A DNA stretch of 64,000 nt from Blasia pusilla (taxonomy: Eukaryota), in NCBI GenBank assembly GCA_050084515.1, contig CM114271.1:2170001-2234000 (forward strand), in the 5' to 3' direction. Each line of letters starts with the position of its first letter. The first letter of the stretch is position 1. Below the pieces are notes generated by a model. The model was not told where the DNA came from. It made no database searches and saw nothing but the letters and a program-made list of their open reading frames with translations. Positions 39,394 to 49,690 of this stretch are shown in pieces. The position numbers were made by a program, and so were the translations under genes.

Positions 39394-41843
39394 ATGACCA
39401 AAGCCAGAGAACTCCAACAGATTATGAAGGAATATTCGGAAGAAGTACAGATGGAAGGTGGAACATCAAACAGATGGCAGTGCAAGTATTGTTCATATTC
39501 TATGAAAACCTATCATAGCACACGGATGGTGGAACATTTTACACAAGAGAGACAAAAGACAAAGGATGGGAATAAGGATACCCATCATGCCAAATTATGT
39601 GTGAAGGTCCCTCCCAACGTGCAACGAGATCTTCGAAACAGGGTACTAGTGGAAAATGGACAAAGAAGGGAAGCAAGACCTTCGAAAAAAGTGGAAGAGA
39701 CGACTCCATTACAAATAGGTTTGCAACAAACAAGAAATAGTGTTTATGTTGTACAAAATATTGATGGGGTTGCAGACATGCCACCAAGTGTCAGTCTCGA
39801 GGAATGCATAGGAGTTGTTGGGCCCATTCGAGGGAGTAGTAGTTCTGGGAAGAAACAAGCCGATCTGAGGGATTCTTTCAACATCCAAGGAATAGAAGTT
39901 GCAAATGACATGTGGGCGAAGTGTTTCTATGAATTTGGAATACCATTCAACGTAGTACGGTAGGATGCTTTCAAAGAAGCAGTGTTGGAAACAACAAAGG
40001 TGAAGGGTTACTCACGTCCCAATTATAATTCGTTGCGCACCACCCTACTTGAGAAACATATGGGGAAGGTGAAGGAAAAGGTGGATGGCATATTGGACAA
40101 TTTGCGTTTGGGGGCCACGATCATAACGCATTCTTGGACCAATGTGAGAAGCGAGTCTTTAGTGAATATAATGGTCTCTTGTCCACAAGGTGAGGTCATG
40201 ATTAAGTCGATAGACACCAAAGGAGAATCCCAAATGGCGGAATGGTTGGCAAGTCACATAGAGAGGACTATCATGCGAATCGGTCCAGAGAATGTGTTGC
40301 AACTTGTGACAGACAATGCTAGCAATGAGCGAGCAGTAGGGAAACTACCGAAGCAAAGTTCCCTCATATTCTTTGGGATGGATGCGTATCACATTGTCTT
40401 GATCTAGTCTGCGAAGAGTGGGATAAATGGCCTTGGGTGGACATGATTTTTGCACAAGATCGTGAGATGGTAGTATTTGTGAAGACTAGAACTTGGGTGA
40501 TGGCCAAATTTATGGAAACCAATCCAATGAAGAGACGATTGTTGCTTCCTGCAAATACACGCTTTGCAACAAATTTTATCATGTTGGGACGCGTCTTAGA
40601 ATTTAGGGAGGCGTTCTACGCCACGGTTGCTACCAATGCTTTTAGGGAGTATTTCAATGGCAAGGATGCAAGGCAAAGGGAGAAGGCACGAGAGATTGAG
40701 ACTACTGTGGCCAATCACGGTTTTTGGATGGAGGGTGAGGAGTTGTTTGCTGCGGCTCAACCAACAACTATTCTGTTGAGAGAGTGTGATGGTCATAAAG
40801 CAATGACTGGGCGTATTTATCGCCGTATTTTTTAGATAATGGAAGAGACTTGTTCTTTTCTTGTGACTCCATGGCCGGGTGTGGGCGGAAGGCGTCACGG
40901 TTATTTTATCACAATATCTAGAGCTATAGAGATGGTCGATGTTATTTCTAGGCGGTGGGCACTTATCCACAACAAGTTACATGCACTAGGCTATATTCTC
41001 GACCCTTACAATCTTCTTGATGATGTTCAAGACATCACTTCAAATGCTGAGCGCATGAGAGATTTCAAACAATATCTGAAACTGTATGCAATGGGGGTGC
41101 ATGGCCTCAATGTCACCCAGGCTAATTATTATGTGGCAACTTGCTTGCGAGAGTTGGGCAACATTGTGAACCATAAGGAAATATTTGTGGATGAATTTGG
41201 TAGGGAAGTTGTTGATTCACTATGTCCCTCTGATTGGTGGAGCATGCACGATCAAGGTGCACCAACATTGCGCTCTGTGGCTAAGTCCATATTAGCACAA
41301 GTGGTTTCATCTTCTTCAGCGGAGAGGAATTGGAGTAGTTATGGTTTCATCCACAACAAACAGAGGAATAAATTGACCAACGAGCGTGCCAAGGATTTGG
41401 CTTATATCTATACAAACTCAAGGTTTGGAGACAAGGGTGTTTCTCAGAAATCAAGACAAGTGCTCTTGTACGAGCAATAATTTTCAGAAAGGGATGGACA
41501 AGAACAAGCTAGAAGGGTAGTAGAAGATGGCAGTGAATCTAGCTTGCATGCAAGAAACAATGATGGTAATCATGAAGACAACCTTGACTTGCAAGATGAG
41601 GATCTAGAGGAGATGGATGTGATATGTGGAATTCATGGCATCAAAGGGAGAGAGGATACTCATATCGGCAATACTGAAAATTTTGATTCCGAGGGGCTTG
41701 GAAGAGATGAAAATGATGTTGAAATGGAACATTGGATTCGAGAGCACAAAGAAGAGCAACAACGGAGGACTTCAAGCAAATCCAATCTTCCCATCACTTC
41801 TCCTAACACAACCTACCACTCAGAATTATTCCATCGAGTCTAG
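39394..41843 (+). pseudogene. hAT transposase (BED finger, DUF659-like core, dimerisation domain)
   Basis: WQCKYC..H (BED-like); FGIPFN; ITHSWT (first catalytic D apparently lost); VTDNA; CVSH; TRFAT; WW..APTL..ILAQVVSSSSAERNWS..IHNKQRNKL. In-frame stops at 39961, 40833 and 41478, plus a frameshift at ~40350. Confidence 0.92.
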
Positions 41844-42249
41844 TGAACCTATGCGGGATACTCCACCACAATCTTTGAGCGCTGAAACGGTGGACTTAGT
41901 TGATGAGCCTAATGATAATGATGTTCTCATATCGATGGTTCCAAACTCTCAACCCATCAATCATGGCATGGATAGTTTATGTATTTCCTCCGATGTGAAA
42001 CAACTACAATAAGAGCTCGTCGTCGATCCACCCGCCTTTGAACTATTGAGCCGCCAAATTACCGCTTACATCTTAATCCACTGGACCCAACCATAGACCT
42101 AGAGTAGAAGAGTAATTACAAAATTTAGTGAGACGGATTAATAGACAGTTGTAGCAAACTTGTTTTGTGATGACTATTGTAACAATGTCATTTTTATGAC
42201 AATCCTTTTTATATACTTCTCCTTAATAAAGCGTTTATTTTTACATTGA

Positions 42250-44960
42250 GGTGAAATTGGTAAGCGTCATTTTTGAGCTCATGGTCACCACTCCAATTTG
42301 CTCAAAACTTTGCAAGAGTGCTACAAACACAAGTTGGGAGAGTTGGGCATGATGAAAAATGAAAAAACCTTATTTCCATTCAAGGTTTAGTGGTTCGGGG
42401 CCAAAAGTACTTACATATTTTTGAGGTTTTCCTCACAAATTTCTTTTGGTTAAAACTTGGAAAAAGTGGAACATGCATCTTAGAAACCATGTCAAAAAAC
42501 TTTTAGCTCAAGATGAGAAAGTAAGACAAGGTGAAAAATGAAAAAACCTTATTTTGATAGAAGGTCTGATGGTTCGGGTCCAAAAAGGAGTTAGAAATTT
42601 TTGAGCTTTTGCTCACAACTCCATTTTTCCTCAAACTTGGCAAGAGTGGTAGACTCACCTTGGGGACCTTGTTGGCCCAATTTCAGCTCAAGATGAAGAA
42701 ATTGGACAAGATGAAAAATGAAAAAACCTTATTTTGATAGAAGGTCTCATGTTTGGGTCCAAAAAGGAGTTAGTAATTTTTTAGATTTTTCACACAACTC
42801 CATTTTGACTAAAACTTGGCTAGAGTGTATTATGCACCCTGGGGACCACGTGGGCTAAATTTTAGCTCAATATGACAAAGTTGAACAATATGAAAAAATC
42901 TTATTTTGGTAGAAGGTTTGATGGTTCAGGTCCAAAAAAGAGTTAGAAATTTTTGAGCTTTTTCTCACCACTCCATTTTTCCTAAAACTTGGCAAGCGTG
43001 CTAGGGTAACCTTGGGGACCATGTTGGCCAAATTTCAGCTCAAGATGACAAAGCTGGACAAGATGAAAAATGGAAAAGCCTTATTTTGGTAGAAGGTCTA
43101 ATGGTTCGGGTCCAAAAAAGGAGTTAGAAATTTTTGGGCTTTTGCTCAAAACTTAATTTTGCCTAAAACTTGGTAAGAGTGCTAGGGCCACCTTGGGGAT
43201 CATTTTGGCCAAATTTCAGTTCAAGATAAAAAGTTGGACAAGATGAAAATTGGAAAACCCTTATTTTGATAGAAGGTCTGATGGTTCAGGTCCAAAAAGG
43301 AGTTAGAAATTTTTGAGGTTTTGCTAACAACTTGATTTTGCCTAAAACTTAGCAAGAGTTCTAGATGCACCTTTGGGACCAATATGGCCAAATTGCAGTT
43401 CAAGATGATAAAGTTGGACAAGATGAAAAATGAAAAAACCTTATTTTGATAGAAGGTCTGATGGTTCGGGTCCAAAAAGGACTTGCCAAATTTTGAGCTA
43501 GTGGTCCCAACTCCATTTTGCTTGAAAATTGGCGAGACTACTAGATGAACCTTGGAGACCATGTGGGATAAATTTCACCTCAAGTTGAAAAAGGTGGACA
43601 AGATGAAAAATCATAAGACTTTCTTTTCATTCAAGGTTTAATGGTTTGGGTCCAAAAAGAAGTTCGTACTTTTTGAGCATTTGCTCACAAATTTGTTTTG
43701 CGTGAAACTTGGTGAGAGTTCTAGATGCATCTTGGGGACCATGTTGGCCAAATTTCAGCTCAAGATGACAAAGTTGGACAAGATGAAAAAATGAAAAAAC
43801 CTTATTTTGATAGAAGGGCTGATGGTTCGGGTCCAAAAAGGAGTAAGTAAGTTTTGAGCATTTTCTCACAACTCCATTTTTTGTGAAACTTTGCAAGAGT
43901 GCTAGATGCATCTTGAAGACCATGTTGGCCAAATTTCAACTGAAGATGACAAAGTTGGACAAGATGAAAAATGAAAAAACCTTATTTGAGTAGTAGGTTT
44001 GATGGTTGGGGTCCAAAAAGGAGTTAGAACTTTTTGAGCTTTTTCTCACAACCTCATTTTTTTTTGGGGAGCATGTTGGCCAAATTTCAGCTCCAGATGA
44101 CAAATTTGGACTAGATGAAAAATGAAAAAATCTTATTTTGATAGAAGGTCTGATGGTTCGGGTCCGAAAAGGACTTGCCAAATTTTGAGCTTGTAGTCTT
44201 AACTCCATCTTGCTTGAAAATTGGCAAGACTGCTAGATGCACCTTGGAGACCACGTGGACCAAATTTTACTTCAAGTTGAGAAAGGTGGAGAAGGTGAAA
44301 AATCATAAGACCTTATTTTCATTTAAAGTTTAATGGTTCGGGTCCCAAAAGGAGTGAGTAATTTTTGAGCTTTTTCTCATAACTTTTTTTTTCCTGAAAC
44401 TTGGCAAGAGTGCTAGATGCACCTTGGGGACCATATTGGCCAAATTGCAGCTCAAGATGACAAAGTTGGACAAGATGAAAAATAAAAAAACCTTATTTTG
44501 GTAAAAGGTGTGATGGTTCGGGTCCAAAAATGAGTTAGTAATTTTTGGGTTTTTTTTCACAACTCCATTTTGCATGAAACTTTACTAGATTTTAACATGC
44601 ACCTTTGGGAACACGTGGGATAATTTCTGTTCAAAATGCGAATGTTGGACAAGATTAAAAATGAAAAAAACCCTATTTTGATAGAAGGTCTGATGGTTCG
44701 AGTCCAAAATGGACTTGCCGCTTTTTGGGCTTGTGGTCCCAACTCCATTTTGCTTTAAAATTGGCAAGACTGCTAGTTGCACCTTAGAGATAACGTGGGC
44801 TAAATTTTAGCTCAAGATGGAAACGTTGGACAAGATGTCTGGTTAAAGACCTTTTTTTTTGCATTCAAGATTATCTGCTTCGGGTCCAAAAGGTCATTTT
44901 AAACTTAATTTGGGATGAGACTTTGCGAGAGTGATAGATGTTACTTGGGGACCATATGCA
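42250..44960. repeat. ~180-bp tandem array (~15 units) inside the hAT
   Basis: The anchor aaaccttattttgatagaaggtctgatggttcgggtccaaaaagg recurs at ~42364, 42545, 42724, 42900, 43078, 43258, 43438, 43618, 43798, 43978, 44130 (shortened unit), 44310, 44490, 44670 and 44848. Confidence 0.96.
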
Positions 44961-45746
44961 CTTTTCTATAGAATGTTAGAAGAGTTATTACATTTCACTC
45001 TTATAAATAATTACACTCTTGCAATCTAATGTAAATGATATCCTACTTCCTAGAGTAAATCCATCATTCCATAAAATTCAAACCAAATCTATTCATTCTC
45101 CATTTAAATTCAATTTCCCTTTCCATTACATATGAATCAAGGCACCTCTAAATTTATTTATCTAACATTTTCAAATCTAGAAAATTTTAGTAATATTTTT
45201 ATTCACCTATTATAATATTAAATAAAAATGAATTAATACGTAAATGTGGTTTTCTATTCCACCCAAGTCCCTTTCAAATTCTACCCCATGCAATATTGGT
45301 CAAAGGGATCAAATTCATACATTATTTTCCCTTAAAATTCAATTCAAACATATATTTTCCTTTATTAATTTTGGAAAAAAATTCATCCCTTTTCCAATCT
45401 CCATCTTTCAATAAATAAAAGAAAATCGCTTATTTTTATGAAATAGTAATTTTTTGGAATTAGTAATAAAAAAATGTAAAAGTATATCAAATAAATCATT
45501 CAATTATGGTATCTTCCACCTTATCCAAGGATTTATAACCCAAGATAACAATTTCATCCATTTCATGAACTCACTTCATGGACAACATTCGTGATCGTCT
45601 CACATTCACAAGTTTTCTTAGTGGAATATTATGATTTTTTTTGAAAATGTTTTACAACAAATGAGGAGTATCCCACAAAAAACCTGGATTGAGAGGAACC
45701 TAATACTTATGTACATTACAAAGATATAAATATCAACTCATTCTCT

Positions 45747-48114
45747 CTAATTTGATTCATCGTCCGATATATGTAACATCGGTGCTGACGTCTCACCATT
45801 TCTTCCTTCTCTTCCCCTAGCTCTAGTCACGCGCATCCCACCTCCACGAGGAATAGTCCTTTCCAACTCAACATCAGCTTCACCATCATCAGTTTCTTGT
45901 GTTGGCTGTGTCGGAAATATCTCCCACTCTCTCTCGAAGAATCCAAACAGTTCCTTGTGCATTCGACGAGGGTAATAGTATGTTCGAGGATATCCGCCTT
46001 CAGTCCTTTAAGGAATATCTTGCCATAAGAAAGGTAGCAAGATCAATTCGAGTCTCCTCAAAACAAGCTCATCCATCGATGGATTTTGATGATGGTTTAG
46101 CACAAGTTGTCGAGTTGTGTTGAGGGCGTCTCGAACTTCTTGTAAATTCAACCCTTGAGCAAAGAAGAAGTTTTCCGCCTCTCGATTTTGGATATCAATG
46201 GCTGTTTCGTAGATGAGCTCTCCTCGATCGTACATGTCAATGAAGTTGACCAACCACGCTCGCATTTCCCGATCAATCCTCCGTTGGCGAGGGATTTCCG
46301 CTTCAACCACCCGTCTATAACCCGAGTCTTCGGGGTTATAGTTCGATTGGGGGCTACGATGTCCCAAACTATGAACTTTTCTTGCTCTTGGGTTAATTTG
46401 TGATAAGTGGGTGGTGCATTGCCATCAAGAGCGCGGAAAGATATGTTGAAAAGGTGATAGAGTCTTCTTGACCAAGCTTGTCTACAATTTGGCCACTTGT
46501 GAGACAGTTGCCTTTTGAAGACAATATGGATGCCAATAACAAGCTTTACATGTGCCTGTCATGTAGCAACATTCTGCAACAATGGGGTTGAAGCAGATCA
46601 TGCATTTGGGCCAATTGTTTGGCGTGAGGGCCCCTCCTTCACATACTGCGATTGCCTTCATCCAATCCGGAAGATCTTGCACTTGTGTGTTCGGATTAAG
46701 AGGTGTTGGTGCCAGCATCATAGAGGCATAGTTCGCAGCGTTTGGATCTACGACATTATCCCATGCTACGCATAGAGCTGGAGGCCACAACTGCTCGATA
46801 GGTTGAAATAAGATCATATCAACCTCCTTCACGAGATGACCCTCAAGAAGGTTGTCTTTGGGTTGAGTTCTCCCACGTTACCTCTTGCTCTCCATCGCAA
46901 TAATTCATCCATCTCTTGCTGTCGTCTTGCCATGATGTTCTCATATGCTCTCCTCCACTGCTTTGTGTGGTCAACCATTACATCTCTTTGCCTTCTATGG
47001 AGGTCATCTCTTGCAAGAGATTCGTTCAAAGCCTGTCCATCTCTTTCTTCAATTGATGTGCTCCTCAGATAGCTGTTCATACTTGCCCTTCAAAACGTTG
47101 AATTCCACGGCAAAATCAAAATTGTGTTGGGAATTTATTATTTAACTCTCCAATTGTGATAGACGAGACATTACCTCGCTTTTCTCCAGAGCACTCTCCC
47201 CGCAAAAGGTTTGGGGAGGAGCACCGCTATGTATAGGGCGATCAGAACTCTCCTCGGGCTCATCAAAGCTCGTACTACGACCTACATAGAGGTAATTCAA
47301 ACCACCTCGTCTATCCTCCGCCCCCATCTGTACTCACCCTTCATCTCTACTCTCGTCTTGTATATATTCTTCAACACGACTATTTCTTCTTTGACCATCC
47401 AAGGAAGATAGTATGGCTCTAAGGCTCCTTGACAATCCACCTTGCTGATAATGGTGTGACGACGCTCGTGGTGATGAAGCTTCCACTCTTGCTCATTTAA
47501 AGTGTTGCCGTGGGGTTATACTGTCTTCTTCTCTTGGTCTCTTATCTCTTCTCGAAGACCCCTCATCCACATCACCATACTGGACCTCCATATCTTTCAT
47601 CAACTCCGCAACTTTGAGCTGAACAAATACCTTGCTCACTTACTTCATCTTTCTCTTGGGAAGGTCTTCGTACTTTCGGACGCCATTGAATTCAATCTTT
47701 TCATCCTCTTCCACATGGGACCTCCATATCTTTCATCAACTCCGCAACTTTGAGCTGAACAAATACCTTGCTCACTTACTTCATCTTTCTCTTGGGAAGG
47801 TCTTCGTACTTTCGGACGCCATTGAATAAAGCCCAATCCTTTGTCCAGTCATCCTCTTCCACTTTCCTTGCAAATTCTCCAATTGCACGCTCCGGCCACT
47901 TCAGCCGCGACTTCTTGAACTCTCCTTTCAAAACTTGTGGGTCAATGGTGCTATCCAAGTGTGCCTTCAATTCATCTTCCCTGACAAATTGCGATACCAT
48001 CTTCTTGTTCACCTTTTGAGGGATCTTTGGTGTCGGTGTATCTAGGGAATCTTCCCCTCTTCCGTCGTCCTGATTGTCGTGAGGGCTATGGTCTTCATGA
48101 GGCGGCAACTCCAT
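45747..48114 (-). pseudogene. hAT cargo gene 2: charged/coiled-coil protein with a RING-like Cys/His finger (~740 aa if repaired)
   Basis: Consecutive minus-strand ORF pieces run from MELPPHED to ...HISDDESN*. The finger CMIC-x14-CKACYWHPYC continues after a frameshift as (W)PNC. Stops, frameshifts and an internal 109-bp duplication disrupt it. Confidence 0.6.
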
Positions 48115-48308
48115 CTTGTCTTTTACCAAAATACAAAAAGAAAGGTGATTTAGAAATGATTCCAAGAATAGTGATACGATGGCACACGATACATCCACAC
48201 ATCAATCAAGATTCATTATTTGCAAAATTTCATAGTAACACATTCATCTTTTTGAACCAAGTCTTCCATTTCTCATGAAAAATATCCAATCCTCAAACGG
48301 GTTTACAA

Positions 48309-49690
48309 TCATACTACCAATGTTATTGGCCTTAATCCCGAATCTACATCGTCTACACCTAATACTTTCGTATTTGCTCTAATATATGCAATAAGAAACT
48401 CTAAGATTTTGCGATCAGAGGGATTCGGAGCTAATGCCCACTTTCGAATCCTTTCCAAATAAGTAAATCTCACCTTCGCTTGGGCATTCCCGATAGAGAG
48501 ATTGTATGTCACATAGTTCAAATTCTTCACAATCATTCCTAGGGCATAGATTTCAGTGGCCATGCTAAAAGGGAGATTCTGAGGCCCTGTTGTCAACTCC
48601 GGTGCTATATGCCCAACATGATTTTTTTGTTCCTGCTGCCACCATCCATGAGGAGACTCTAAGACTTCATCAGTCCACATGGCATTCCCCCAATCTCCAA
48701 CGCCGATGTATGGGCTAGAGTTGGATCCAAAATGGATGAACATGTTTCTAGCATGGAGGTCGGTATAAAAAACCCCACGCTTGTGGGCAGTCTCCATGGT
48801 TCCAAGAAGGGAAACCACAAGCTGGACGACATTTGATGCTATTGCAAGACATCTCATCTTTTCCAACTCTCCTAGATTACCCCTGCCGTTCTTCAAGTTA
48901 TGGCATGCTTGCAACTAATTTTTGAGGTGTCCACCATTCCAATATGGAAAAATGGCACGTGGTGGATCCTCGATCAACCTTCCCACCATGCAAACAACAT
49001 GGCGATGTAAAATACTAGCAAACAACTCTCTCGCATCATCGATTTTCTAGATCCTGATAGAGATGATTCCTTATACACCTTCATGCAATAGTACATTTCT
49101 TCCCTAAAGCCATGGGTTCCGTTTATTTTACAACGGTACACGATTCCATGTAAATCGGTTCCCACAATATCGCTCGGGTCATGTCCTATTACTACATTCT
49201 TATCACAAATGAAAGTTATTGCACATGGAACGGTCAATGTCAACCCCAGAGAAGTACTTCGTCCCTTGAAAGGACGTTGAGCACTTCTTAACTCTATACA
49301 GAATCTTTCTAGGAGAGCTGACTCTGCAGCATTCTGCTTCTCATCCTTATATGTCTTGGGATTGACATATGCTCTCTCTAGGTTAACACCTTGTTGGGCT
49401 CAAAATTTTGTCAATGTATCAGCCTCTGCGACATCCACTTCCCAGTCAAATGCCTTTGCCACTCTATTGGACAATCTCTGCAACTCCAAGGTGTAGTCAT
49501 GTAAACCATCCATACCCCTCAAAATATAGGATCGTCTCTTCTCTAAAGAAAGCTGGAAAAACCAGTCTAACCTTGCCTCTCTTACGACCATGTTGAAATC
49601 ATTCCTCAGAGTTGCTCTTTGCCTCTTGGCACCAACGTTGGACTCATTTCGGTTCTCTCCCGCTCTCGATGACCCAGCCCCACTAGACAT
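48309..49690 (-). pseudogene. hAT cargo gene 1: atypical eukaryotic-type protein kinase (~460 aa if repaired)
   Basis: Subdomains in order: IVGTDLHGIVY, CMKVYK, MMRE, LHRHVV, FPYWNGGHL, FYTDLHARN, VGDWG, HIAPE, TEIYALG, PSDR. Lesions: TGA at 49400, a frameshift at ~49020 and TAG at ~48915. Confidence 0.85.

Noticed and set aside
42250-44960. CRISPR-like array, or coding ORFs in the 180-bp array
   Set aside because: Whole units repeat with no unique spacers, the context is eukaryotic, and the ORFs are repeat by-products.
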